Shown one piece after another: positions 1-14,440 of a DNA stretch of 64,000 bases. The DNA lies in contig RSEE01000099.1 of assembly GCA_003971905.1 (NCBI GenBank), forward strand, positions 124,001-188,000, read 5' to 3'. Origin of the DNA: Moniliella sp. 'wahieum' (Eukaryota). The notes under the pieces were generated by a model. That model ran no database searches. It saw only the letters and a list, made by a program, of their open reading frames with translations, and was not told the origin of the DNA. The position numbers were made by a program, and so were the translations under genes. The first letter of the stretch is position 1. Each line of letters starts with the position of its first letter.

Positions 1-514
1 ACCGTCGCCCCGGTCGGGTCCGAGCCCAGCGTCGGTGGTCAAGTCGGGTGGGCCGGTGCTGGTGTGGTGGGACGAGGGCAAGGCGGCCACGACGCCAGGG
101 GAGATGAGGGCGTTGCTGGATGCGGTGGTGCGGCAGCAGGAGCAGGCCAAGCCTTCGGCGTGTGTGGTTATGTGATATGCCGTGCCCAGTGGGCGAGACG
201 AATCGCGTGGGACGAGCAGGGAGGCAGCGGGGTGGCAGGGATGGAGCGAAGAGAGAGTGCGCCATAGAAGTTAGCGGCAACGGCTGCCAGTCACGACATG
301 TGCACACCTACCTAGCAGGCGAGGTGTTCTGGGCGCTGTGAGATTGAGATGTGAGATGTTAGTTGCCGATGGCGGGGACTCAGTTTGTATAGGTCCCGCC
401 ACGTCACACGTGAACTCACGTCGCCGGCCAAATTTTGACAGCGGCGGCTCAGACGATGGATCAGATCTCGGTGTGTACCCACAGCACGCCCACCCGCCTC
501 CGCCCGCTCGGACC

Positions 515-570
515 GCCCCTCCGCCTCCTCCGCCTCCTCCGCCTCCTCCGCCTCCTCCGCCTCCTCCCCT
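515..570. repeat. (CCGCCTCCT)n low-complexity repeat upstream of the probable Mid1 start codon
   Basis: About 5 units of ccgcctcct are visible directly. They produce the poly-Pro/poly-Gly/RLL runs in overlapping ORFs. Confidence 0.9.
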
Positions 571-604
571 CCTGGCGCGCTCCCTGGGCATCGCATCTGC
601 GGGC

Positions 605-2586
605 ATGCAACGCGCCGCGCAGACGCCACGCCGCCTCTTGGACATGCGCGCTGCTCGCGCTGCTCGCGCCTCGGCGCCCTCCCGCCGCCGCTGTCACCAA
701 CCCGGCCGACGCCGCTGCCCGGCCCAGTCGGTCCTGGCCAACCCGGCGCTGTCGCCACCCGCCGTCGCGGCCCACCCCACCCCTGCATCGTCCGTGCGCT
801 CCTCGAGCGCACTCATGAGCTCCAGCTCCAGCTTGAGCACGACCACGACCACGTCGCTGTACCAGCTGCCGCTCCAGTCGCCCATCCCGTCGATTGCGCC
901 GTCGCCAGGCCAGAGCGTCGCGCTGAACGACTCGGTGCCTGTCCAGACTTCCATCCAGCTTGTCGGCGGACTGGACATGGACAGCGACTCGACGACCCAG
1001 AACAGTCTCGACACCGCCTTGTTCTTTGCCTTGGCTCCGCCAAGCTCAACAGGGCAGGTACCAGAGGCCTTCGTCACCCTCTCAGCCTGCTCGGGCCCCG
1101 AGATTTATCTCGACGATCCCGATGACGGCAATGTCGCCGACACCTTTCTCGCCTCGTCGTCAGCACCGACCCAGTTCGCCCATGCCCTCCCCGGGACAGA
1201 GCAAGTCCACCACCACCACCGCCTTGAATGGGTTTGCCTTCCACCGTTTGTCCGCCGGCTCGGCGTCGGCGGGGTGTACATTGGTGTCTACCCGCCCAAG
1301 AACACGATGGGCCAAACGGGCGAGAGACAGTTGAAGTGACCGCGTCCTATGTGCGCTCGCCTATGACGTTTGTTTTATGGCATGTAACCCCCGTCACGCC
1401 AATGGAAAGCGTACACGCTCGAGCTCGACGATACGGATATGGTCACTGCCATGCTCTCTGCCGCGCCGCGGCAGCACATGATCGGTACGGCGCCTAGCGC
1501 TGGCATCATGCTCAGTCGCACCTCTGATGCACCGAGCAAGTACTTTAACTCGTCCGCCTGTCCATCCGTACCGCCTTCTCGACTTTTACGACGCGCTGCC
1601 CGATGCCGGCAAAAACATTGTGACCAAGACACCAGTTGCGCAGCATCCCTACCGGCTACGGTCCCCAACGAACGCAATTCACCATCCAGCCCTTGGAGCC
1701 TGATACCAACTACACTGCCTGGCTCACCACCGACCCGGATTGGCCACCGCAACAGGCCAACCTGCAGTACGGACCGGCGATCAAGTTCAAGACCAAAAAC
1801 AACCCCAACTGCCAGCTGGTCAGTGGGCTGGATTTTGCCCCGACGTGGCGTACGCCACGGCAGTCGGACCGCAGTTTGACCTCGGCATGGCCTTGGGCCA
1901 CATTGAGCAACCGTGACGGTGTGCTAGCCAACTTCTCCAAAGCGGTATCGACGTTTTCCTGTGGACGGACCAAGGTCGGTACTCGTACATTGCCACTTGT
2001 CCCGACTGCATCGTTGCCTATCGCGTTGGCTGTGCGCGATGGCCATTCCACGCTGTGTCGACACGCCGCCCGGCTGGCCCCAGACCAACTGGACCGGCGT
2101 CGGGAGTGGGGCGCGTTCCCTTACAACAAACCGTTGTCCGCCAAGCGCCAACCGGCTCAATGCTTCGTTTGGGTTTGCCGGTCCATTTGGCGAGTTGCTG
2201 CCTTGCCTCGACATTTGCCATTTGGTCGCGATCAATTGCCCTCCGTGGTGAATTGGGTGGTCCGAATTGGGGCGTGACGGCGCAAGAGATTATGGCATTT
2301 GCCGATGCCGATCGCCAAATGGCTATGTCAAGCACGACTTGACCGACGAAGGCGCTGGGTCCGACGACCAGCTCTGGGGCGGCCTGCGCAACTATGTAGC
2401 CACCGACGACTTTGGCACATCCTACTGCAACGCCCTTGGCGTCGACTCGTACCTTCGCGAGTACATTACCAATTCCCTAGCCAACGTGGCTGCCTTGCCT
2501 GTGACCCCACTGCCCCCCACCACTCCCTCCTCTACCTCCTCCTTCTCCTCGCCACTGTGGGCACCGCACTTGACATGAGGGTATGA
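605..2586 (+). CDS. MID1: Mid1-family stretch-activated calcium channel subunit (Cch1 partner); frameshifted in this assembly
   Basis: Cys-rich C-terminal Mid1 motifs are spread over three frames: FKTKNNPNCQLVSGLDF, FSKAVSTFSCG, RWLCAMAIPRC, PFGELLPCLDICHLVAINCP, YCNALG. There is a hydrophobic N-terminal segment (CALLALLA) and a hydrophobic C-terminal tail (SLLYLLLLLATVG). Start and end are approximate. Confidence 0.85.
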
Positions 2587-2657
2587 CGAATGCATCCAAT
2601 AAGCACGCACACTAAGTAGAAAAAAAATACACACCATCCCCATGGCCAACATGCTTC

Positions 2658-5377
2658 TCATGAACTGGCTTGCTCTGGCATAAGCGAATGCGAAAAGTCT
2701 TCTTCGTCTTGCTCCACGTGCGACGGCATCACCCCCCGGCTCGCCGTTGGCTTGGACGAAATTCGTGGGTATCTGCGCTCGTTCTCTGACCTGGCTGCAC
2801 GCCCACTGCCCGCTGCCTTGTCAGCCTCTGCCAGCTTGGAGGCAGATAAAGAGGACATTGGTAGCGGTGTTAAGGGGCAGCAGCGGGCTTCGGCTGTCTC
2901 CTCCCGACGGCAGAGAGCGAGGTATCGCTTCGCCGGATCGTCGTCGGTCCGCGCGACGAGGTGGAAGCCACCACGTAGCGCAACCCCCCCGTTCGGCGAA
3001 GTTGGTCCAATTCGGTCTGCTGCGCCTCCAGTTCGGCTCGTAACTGTTGATTCTCCGCGACCAACTTGTCGTCCAAGGCATCCCGCATCCACGGGCGGTG
3101 CACCTGCCCCGTTGGCCTGGGCACAGGCGCGAGTCCAGGCCGAGCACGCGCCTGGACCGAGTCTAAGTTGGTTTGAATCAAGGCCAAGTCGGAGCAGAGC
3201 TCTTCGATCCGCGCCTGTTCTTGGTCCAGGCGCTGCTGGGTCTCGTCCAGCTCGGCTTGGGTCCGAGCCAAAGCGGTCTGGGTCGCACGCAACGTCTCCT
3301 CCCTCGTGGCCGCTGCGGACGTGAGCCGTTGTACCTCGTCTTTCATCTGAGCAGCGCGTTGCTCTGCCTGCTCCGCTCTTGCCTCGGCCTGGTCCACGCG
3401 AGCTTGGGTGCGTTGCGCACACGCCAACTGGCTCGCCATCTCGTCCCGCTCCAACTGCGCTTGCTCCCGCTCTTGCTGCGCACGGTGCATCTCATCCTTG
3501 ATCCTCACACGCGCTCCCTCAGCCAGCTCGGCCACCTCCAAGGCTCGACCAATCGCCATGCGAGCCGCATCCCGTTCGTCCCGGGCGCGTGTCAACTCCT
3601 CCAACCCCTGTTGACCTGCTGCATCCAACATGGGCTCAAAACTCAGCCGCTTCGTTACGCGCTTGCTCCCGTGCCACCAACAGGCGTCGCTCGGTGTCCA
3701 TCTCAGCATGAGCCAGCGCCTGGGCCAACGTATCCCCACGACCTACCTCCGCCTCCAACTGGTCCAACATGCCATCCTTCTCGGCCACCCACGTACCTTG
3801 CGCGTCCCGCACAGCCGACATGAGATGGCCCAACAACCCACGCATTTCCCGCACTTGCCCGCCCCTTCGTTCAGAGGAAAATGGAGGTGACCGTTCGCCT
3901 CCCCCACCTGGGCGGTCTGGGGCGGCGGCACTGGCTCCCTGCCCCATCTCCTCCGACCACGAGACAAGCGCTTGGTCCAACGCCTGCGCCATAGCCAGTA
4001 CCTCTTCCAGCGCCCCCTCACTTCCGTCCTGGCTGGCCGAGCCAAGACCCACACCAACACCGCGGCCAAGCCGCCTTGTGCGAAACCGATTTCCGTCCGA
4101 CCTGTCGCCGTAGGTCCGGGTCGCGCACGTCGCGTCCAACGGAGGTCTTGTTGGGACCTGGCGTACGCGGCGTTGCCGACGGCAAGGGCAACGGCAACGG
4201 CACCGCTGATGGTGATGGCGGTGGCGGTGACAGTGGTGGTGACAGTGGTGGTTCTCCCGTAGCACGATGGTGAAAGCAGAGGGCACAGGAGGCGGTAACG
4301 CAGGGCTAGCGATGGCAACCGGACTAACTGGTCGTCTGGATGCCCTAGCCAAGCTGGGTCGATGATGCAACGGAGACGAGCTGTAAGGCACTTGGTCTGC
4401 CGCATGGAGCGATACATCGCTTACCGATCCCGTCGAGTCACATGTGGGAGAAGCAGCTTGCGCAGCAGCCTGGGGCGAAGGCGGGGCGCGATTTCGGGCC
4501 CTACACTGGCATCGTGAGGTCGGTGGCCAGGAGAAGGCGAGTGAGGGACATACGTGTCGGTAGTTTGGTGGTCCGACTTGTCTCGTCGGGCGGGGGGATC
4601 TGAGATGGAGACGTGTCTCGATTGGCTGGCGAAGGGTAGCTCCGTCTTCGTGACGACGCAGACTTGAAAGAGGTACGCCAAGGCGGCTCGAGTTGGGTCC
4701 GCGCGCCTTTTCTTCGGAATTGGACGAGGCGGGCGAATGGCCTGCGAGACAGGGGCGCAAGAAGGAGCTGGAGGAAGGTGATGCGCGTGGTTTCCAAGAC
4801 AGTTCTTCAGTAGGACGACGTTGGGTCGTCTGTGCCGTTGCGGTAACGGGCGCAGGAGCGGGGGTAAAGAATGCAGACGAGTCGGGCAGGAACCTACTGG
4901 GCTTGGCCGTGGTGTGGAACGAGGAGGGGAAGAGGTGCCGGCCGGGTTTGCCCCGCTAGAAAGAGCGGTACCAGGCGATCGATCAAAGCTGAGTAGAAGG
5001 AAGATGCGCGAGGCGTCTCCTCCCGCCGAGCAGCTTCGAGGCCGCGCTGAAGCGACAAGGCCTCCCGCTTGAGCGTGTTGATCGACAGGCTGATTTCGTC
5101 GTCGTGTACACCGGGCGTGCTGGCAGGGCGTCGGGCGTGACGAAGGGCATGACTGAGGCTGCGGTCGATGGTGCGGTCGATGAGGAGGGTGGCCCTCATC
5201 TTCGTCGCCGCTACCGCTACCGAGGAGGGGGGAAGCATAGGCGGACTGAGAGGCCGGGCTGGTGCTGGCGCCGAGGGAGCTGAGCCGGTGGCCCTGGGCG
5301 TCGCGTGTGGCGAGGAGGCGGCGACGGGGGACACTGTCCAAGGCCGAACGCTTGCGCCGAGCAGGCGGCAGATCCAT
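2658..5377 (-). CDS. Hypothetical coiled-coil protein with a long low-complexity N-terminal part; frameshifted
   Basis: Heptad-rich E/Q/R/A/L stretch in ORFs 2870..3739 and 3636..4760 (e.g. LARTQAELDETQQRLDQEQARIEEL). Coding-like frames continue to the ATG at 5377 (MDLPPARRKRS). Family not recognised. Confidence 0.6.
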
Positions 5378-5734
5378 CCCAGCAGGCGGGGGCGAGGCAA
5401 GGGTGGTGGAGGGGGTGGAGGTGGTGGGTGGTGTGTTGATGGGCTCACTCGCCAAGGCGCTGGTCTGCTTTCCCGCGTTGGCAGCCGCGACGCGCAAACG
5501 AAGCTGAAATCGAAATCACGTGCACACCTTCCAGCTCCGCCTCCCACTCGCAACGCTCCCACTTCTCCAAAGCAGGCGTGCTTGTGGTAGTCCCCAGCTG
5601 CTGTCTGTCGAGGTGCCGTGGGCAGCGCTCGCTACTACTATACACCTCCATCTCTTCAATCATCAGCGCAGATATGGCACCAAAGGCCCGCGGTCAATAG
5701 CATTGATCGTTACGAGTCGTATAAGAAAAAGAGA

Positions 5735-6807
<1,073 letters not shown>

Positions 6808-6905
6808 GGTTGATTGTTGTTGTAGTAGTTGTCGTTCGAGACAAGGTAGTTGGAGTAGAGATGTGCTCTGGAGGTACCGTATCCTGCCTTACCCCGGATC
6901 CCCCT

Positions 6906-6913
6906 CTTAAATA
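6906..6913 (-). promoter_or_regulatory. Putative TATA box of GAPDH copy 1 (TATTTAAG)
   Basis: About 100 bp upstream of the ATG. It lies in a block (cccaggtaggtatttaagagggg) homologous to the copy 2 promoter. Confidence 0.55.
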
Positions 6914-8670
6914 CCTACCTGGGCCGCATGCTCGCTAGAGGTTCCCATGGTCCTGCACTGCTAGCCCTCTGAATATTAGGCTTAGGTGGAAGGAGAGCAA
7001 GTTGGGCTTCAACTGGTGCAAGTCCCCACCTACAGCACACGGCTGTAGTCACTTGTCATGGGACTTCGGCAGTGGGGAAGCCGGGTTGGGGTTTCTGTGC
7101 AAATCTACGGCTGCCGATGGCTTAGCACGTGTCAAACTATACCAGGAGATATGTACGATGCTGATGCACTGATGTCGATGATGTCGATGATGATCGATGA
7201 CATGTGCTGGGACGAACAAGGCGATACGATGGAGTCGAATGCTCGGATTGAAGATGCGCCCACTGTAAGGCAGTTGTTGGTTTGATTTGCTGCCCCTAAT
7301 TAGAAGCTGCGCGGCTGAAGCTTGAAGCATGAAGCTTTTTTAGTAGCTTGCGCAGGGCCTATTTAACTTAGCGTGTCTTGGGTTGCCTGTCTCGTGACCC
7401 GGCAGGTCAGCGTCAGCGCTCAGAGCCGCTCAGCGTAAGAATACTTGATAATAGTCGTCAGAATACATAGCCTGTGGTATTTGTATGTTCGGGTTAAGTT
7501 GATCGCCACTTCAGCCACTGCTCATATAGTGGTCCGAGAAGAGAGTTGTTTGTGTTGCACGTTGAGTGCACCACGCCCCCCCCAACGTCCAACCACGGTC
7601 TCAGTAGCACCAGTGGAGCAGCACTCTTAGGTCTTAACGGGAACTTGGTACCTAAGGCTTTAGGCCTTACGGGCCTTAGGACCCCGAGGCCTCAGCTTCA
7701 GCGCCGCATCATCGATCCGTTCTCAGTCGGACAGCAGCAAAACAGACTAATAAGTGGATGGGCTTGTTTTGAGATCTAAGACCTGTGGGCCGCTGGGCCT
7801 GGGGGCCTGAGCCTGAGGAAGGGCCCGAGTCAATACTGAGGGTACTGAGCACGTTGACCCTCTGTTTTGCATCGATGAACGAACGGGACGAACGTTATGA
7901 ACCCTTCTTCTCTCCTGTTGCTATTCGATTCTGGGTACGACCGACCCAAGCTCGCCGGTTTACCAGCTCCTGGGTACGCGCGGTTACCCGGTGTGTTGAA
8001 CCAACAGGCGACAGAGTAGGCTGATATCAGGCGTGAGCTACGTCACAGCGCCCGCACGGGGCAGTGTGCCATCCTATCGCCCGAATCAAATTCACCTCCG
8101 CGGCGCAGTGGCGGGATTGTGTGCCTGAGGCTGGCTGACGCGTGAAGCTGGCAGCTGGCAGCTGGAGGCCTGATCGACCTGATCGATGATATCGAACCTC
8201 GAAGCGCAGGCGCAGGCAATGCCCTGCCCAGCCGGCCTTGCCTTGCTCCTTCCTTGCCTTGCTCCTTGCCCCGCGCCCGGCGAGCCACACCACATGTTCT
8301 TACGGCCGCCGACAGGGACCTGGCAAGTGCGATGGACGAGATGGGCAAAGAAAGGTATTAGGTTGGGCCAATCATTAATCATTAATCAACCGCGCACACA
8401 GTTCCATTGCTATTGCACCATGTTCCACACCGGTCTAAGTCACGCGGCTAGCTTAAGACTTTGGGGCCTCTGTGGTCCGACGTCTGCCAAAAGCCCAGTA
8501 TTCTGTCATGAAACGTCTGAACCGGACAGTTTATCCATCGTACCTCCCGGTTGAGTTCAACAGCTGAACACGCCCACGTGTCCTGGGTCCCATTAACGTT
8601 AAACGTTTAACGTCTAACATCTGCTGACGCACGGGCCATTGATCCTTCGGAGGTATGGAGCCCAGGTAAG

Positions 8671-8678
8671 TATATTAA
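8671..8678 (+). promoter_or_regulatory. Putative TATA box of GAPDH copy 2 (TATATTAA)
   Basis: About 100 bp upstream of ATG 8774. Context cccaggtaagtatattaagggg is conserved with the copy 1 promoter. Confidence 0.55.
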
Positions 8679-8773
8679 GGGGGAGCTTGGGAGCGAGGGA
8701 GACGATTCCCCAGAGCACATCTCTACTCCAACTACCTTCGTCTCGAACGACAACTACTACTACAACAACAACC

Positions 8774-9852
<1,079 letters not shown>

Positions 9853-10547
9853 TTCCTTCTTTTTCTTATACGACTCGTAACGATCAATGCTATTGACCAC
9901 AGGTCCTGCCGTTCATACCATCTGTCTTCATAGAGCAGCTACAGTTGTGGAAACACAGTTCGCTAGAAAGGCTTAGACAGCTCATTACACACTTAGTCAG
10001 GTTTGTCGGGAACAGTCTCAATTCATCTATATGAACACAAGTCTCCAGTCCCAACCCTCCTGCCGGCGACCAGGTCGCATATGCCACACCATCGCATCGC
10101 CCCTCGGTTGACTGAAAATCACCTTTAGTACCTATACCTTCAGCCGTGCCCCCACGAAGCCAGACTGTGAAGTAATTTCCGCCCAGCCTCGAGCCTGAAG
10201 CTCAGACGACTTCATGCAAGCAAACTGCCAGGAGCGAGCTCCTAACGTTGAGTGAGTGATTAGGGACTTAGTGACATGCATACTAGACAAGCAAAGGCAA
10301 GCAAAGGGGGGCACGTGCGAGGCAAGGCTATAAATATGCTCCGCCAAGCCTCAGGTCTCAAGCCTCAAGCTTCAAGCCGCTCAGGCAGGCCCAATCTCAA
10401 AGATTAATACGGCCGGAACCACAGGGCTAGGACTCGAGCCAAAACTAAGGCCAGGACCAGGACTGGGGTAGGCTGGGGTGGGTCGGTAGGACTCTGGTCC
10501 AAGGACGACCACAGCCTGGGAACAGGGCGCAGGGAGGAGGTATGGCC

Positions 10548-10622
10548 AGGGGCAGGGATAGGGGGGGGGAAAAGGGGCAGGGAGGGGGCAGGGAGGGGGC
10601 AGGGAGGGGGCAGGGAGGGGGC
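10548..10622 (+). repeat. (GGGGGCAGGGA)n 11-bp G-rich tandem repeat
   Basis: About 4 perfect units plus degenerate flanks, with multiple runs of 3 or more G. Confidence 0.9.
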
Positions 10623-11033
10623 ATGGGCAGTAGTAAGATAGCAAAACGAAACAACACGCTGCAGTACAACATGGGACTCGGACCTTGACCCTTGATCTTG
10701 CCAACCATCCATCCTACCCAACGTACATGGCTAACTAGCCTTGAAGCTTGAACCTTGATCATGTCACGTTTTCCAGGGCAAGACTCAGTAGACTGGCAAC
10801 CTACAGTCGAACAGCCACCGCCACCGCCACTCGGACATCTACTCTTGGGGCGTCGTCGCCCCCACATGAGCGACAGGGGCAACACAAGCTCGCGGAGTAA
10901 GACGAGAGGGTAGAACAGAGCAGTCTCACGGGGGCAAGTCACCAAGGATACGGCCTGGCTCGGCGAGGCGAAAGGGGTAGGCAAGCGACCCACCACAGGT
11001 GCCGAACTGAGAACAACGACCCGGTCCATCATC

Positions 11034-12869
11034 CTACGCCACTAAGCCACTACGCCGCTCGACTGCGGACAACGGAAATCGGGGGAGGACGACTGGGCAA
11101 CCGCGTCGCAGGGCTATAGGCCAAGGCGCATAGGGGGTATTTCTTGGTGTGTAGAGCCAGGGCGCCAATGGCCAAAGGCATAGGAGGATCAGCGACCAAG
11201 TGGGAAGGGGGGAGCGAAACGGGGATAGACAGGCGGGATGCCAACTGGACCTCACCGCCCCGCCCCCCCTCCTCCCGCTGGACGTAGAACCATCCAGTGA
11301 TCCCGTATTTCCAACTGACGTTCCACGCTTGCCTGAGCGCGACACGTTGTTCCTTTTCCAAGCATTGAAAAACGGGTTGTGGTGCTCATGTATCGGATGC
11401 ACTGCTGTCGGTGACCAACTTGGACGAGGGGCGCCCGAAGGCCGGCGGTCCCCTGGTCCCAACAACGGCGTAGCAAGTGAGAAGGACAATGGGGCCGAAG
11501 AAGGTGTTCGAGCGGAGGGGGAACAAGGGGGCGCCTGGTTTAAAAAGTCCTTGAGGGACATGAGGTCTTGCGGCTGAGTTCGTCGGCGCGCCGGGGCAGG
11601 GGTAGCAAGGTCTGGTTCGCCAGGTGCCCCGAGTCCGAGGGAGGAAGCGGGTCCAGATCCTGCGCCAGGTCCGCATCGGGGCGGCGGAGCGTGGTGGTGG
11701 TGGCGGTATGAGTAAAGGTGTTGGTCTGGGAAGGGTAGTAGTGGTTTTCCCGATCGAAAAAGCGCGAGGTAGCACCCAAACAAGCCAAAATGCCCGCCAC
11801 CGGGAACACGTACATGAGCGATACCGATAGGTACGTGGCTACCTCGAGTTTCGACGTTGCGAGCACAGCCCAGTTGGCTGCGGTCAAGCCGGTAGGCACC
11901 CAGAACCCAAACGCGATGAAATGCAGGATGCGGACCAAGGTCCACCACAACCCCACCCTTCGCTGCGGCGCAGCGTACGCAACAGACGCGCATCCTCCAG
12001 CCGCGCGGTGGGTGTGGTGGGGGCGACCGAGGGCGCCAAGCGCAACACCGGATCGGGTCCAATTCCAATCAACCTTCGTATTTGAGCCAAAAGCCCATTC
12101 CCACGCGACGACCGCATGCGGAGCCATTGGCGGGACAGGCCCAGGTTGACATAGACCAGGGCAGCGACCGAGGTGGCGTAATGCGCATGGTCCCACCGCA
12201 GCCGTTCTATCGTGGCTCGCTGGCCCAGGATAAAGGTGGCAGTTTGACTCCAGGCAAGCTGGACACGCTCTTCGTTGTCGACGCGGTGGACGATGCGCAG
12301 GACGACGCAATAGCATGCGAGCGTGACACATTGCAATACCGACGGCGGGAGGATGACGAGGAACTGTTTTCGGCGACCAAACAGAGCCGAGGGCCAAAAC
12401 ATGGCCAGACGCATGATCAGCGCCCAGACGACGACCCAAGGCACAAGGAAGAGCATCAGGTCTTCCACCACATACAGCCCGTCGTAGGCACTGGCGGGGA
12501 TGCGCGCATTGACCATCTGGACCGTCCAGAACACTGTGTCAAAGACGGAGGCGACGAGGCCGAGCAGGATGGAGGCGGCGAGGAGCCAGACGATGGGCGA
12601 GTGGCGCTTGGCGCTTTCCAGTCCACCCTTGAGGAGGATGGTGGTGAGGAGCATAAACAGAACAGTGCAGAGGGAGGTGTAGAGGATGATGTAGGTGACC
12701 GCCAGACGCACGTCGGGCAGGCCCTTGACAGAGACGCAGCGGCCGCCCGTGCTTTGGTAGGCATAGGCAGCGCTGGCCAGGTCGATGTAGGCGCTGGTGG
12801 TGGGGTCGGAGGCGTTGAGGGAGGCGATGAAGGAGGATATTGACGTAGGTGTCGCCGCCAAAGGAGCAT
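11034..12869 (-). CDS. Uncharacterised seven-transmembrane membrane protein (GPCR-like topology) with a Ser/Pro-rich tail
   Basis: Seven hydrophobic segments across ORFs 11884..13236 and 11540..12439: LAVTYIILY.., IVWLLAASILLG.., LMLFLVPWVVVWALIMRL, FLVILPP.., SVAALVYVNLG, ILHFIAFGFWVP, LSVSLMYVFPVAGIL. An intron-like segment (GTATGG..CTAAC..CAG, 12890-12952) lies just upstream of ATG 12869. Confidence 0.7.
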
Positions 12870-13014
12870 GGAGGCAGGGGGATGCCGTCCTGCAGGTAGG
12901 TGTTGTTAGGGCCGTGGGAGGCGCGGCGGAGCAGCTGGTGCATGCTCCATACTGGCCAGCCGGGCGGGCTGGAGAGGCGAAGAGATGGCTGCGGTGGCGG
13001 GGGTGGGGGGGGGG

Positions 13015-13115
13015 TGGGATGGGATGGCGTGGGATGGGATGGAGTTGGATGGGATGGGATGGAGCTGGAGCGGACGGAGCGGATGGGATGGCGCTGGATC
13101 GGACGGAGCGGATGG
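13015..13115. repeat. (GGGAT)n-type pentanucleotide low-complexity repeat
   Basis: Directly visible gggatgggatggc..gggatgggatgg tract. Confidence 0.85.
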
Positions 13116-13799
13116 GAGCGGGGTGGGGCCGGGCCGGGAGGCTTGGCAGGCTCGCTGGCCTGCGCTGTGGTTCGACGCAGGGAACGCCACTGGCCTCGGA
13201 AATTTTCATTCGCACAGGCGGAGCCTTGCCAAGCACATGGCCGCCGCCGCACGGGGGCAGTGTGTGGCGGGGTGCTGGGTCGTTTCAGCGCGCCTGGCGC
13301 CTGTCTCGGTTCGTTTCGATTGGGCAGCGCAAGCGCGCAGGGGCACGCCAGGGTACGCTGGGGACGCGACGCACGCCGCTGGCTGGACGTGGCCGAGGAC
13401 GACGAGCGTGGAGGACCGCTGCCTGGCCGCTTCCACCCCCAGAGGGTGTGTCCGGGGACTGGTGCGGAGGCTGAGCCTCAGCGCTGATGCTGATCTGGTC
13501 TGAGCACCGAGTGTTCTGGTCCTGAATGTCTGGGGGGTCCCCCCCGGGTGGTGGCAACAGCGTCCGCTAATGAATAACCAGCCAGTCGCCGCCTGTCGCC
13601 GCCTGTCGCCGCCAGTCCCCGCCAGTGTCCGGCCCAACAGCTGACGATAGCAGCGCCGCCTGCAGCGCCTCGCCTGCCTCCCTGAGGCCTGACGCCTGCC
13701 TGACCCTGGCCGCCTTGACCGGTGACCTGCTCCAACGGCCGAACCACAGTATGACCGCCACCATCCGTCGCCCCAGTTGCAGATGGGACATGGGAGGCC

Positions 13800-14440
13800 A
13801 GATCCCAGAGCGCCTCAGCCGCTCAGCCTGCTCGCACTGAGCCTCGGCACTGCAACTTGAAAGACCAAGAAGGGTTTGCTTTCGTTCTACACAGAACGCA
13901 ATGGGGAATGCGTGATTTATCATCACGGTTCCTACCGATGGATTCCATGGTACCAACCGGCGCCCAGTTTCTCAGGCCCATGGCAAGCACCCTGCCCTCC
14001 ACGACGCGTGGTCGGTTGGCCGACGCCACTGGTCTTCGCCATCGAAGCCCACATGCTCAAAAGATATGCATATCAATGGGCCTCATGCGCATGGAGACGC
14101 CATTATGAGGGTGACCGTGCAGAGTACGAGGAATCCCCCCCCCCCCGTGGCCAGGCGGTAGTGCAACTGGGAGAAGGAATGCGAGGAAGCCCGCGGATCG
14201 AGGACCGATGATTAATGATTGACGATGGAACCCAAGGACTAAGTACCAGTGTTGCCAATCCATGATCAATTCGATCAATGGTCTCCAGGGGGACCGGTGA
14301 CTTCCAGGATACGTCACCACGTCACCGATGAGCCGCCGAGTGAGTCAGCGTTCAACTTGAACCCTCTCCCAGCTCCCAGCCCCCATCCAATATCCATCAT
14401 CGATCGCACTGACGATGCAATAACGTACCCAATAAGCTTT
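13800..14440 (-). mobile_element. Possible decayed Ty3/gypsy integrase fragment
   Basis: Colinear degenerate motifs in shifting frames: PWRPLIELIMDW (cf. PxRPWxxISMDF), MESIGRNRDDK (cf. PxSIVSDRDxK), SSCSAEAQCEQAERL (cf. STAYHPQTDGQxER). Matched by eye only. Confidence 0.35.

Noticed and set aside
338..604. Poly-proline N-terminal extension of Mid1
   Set aside because: It arises from a CCGCCTCCT repeat and a non-ATG ORF start. The hydrophobic signal-like segment begins after ATG 605.
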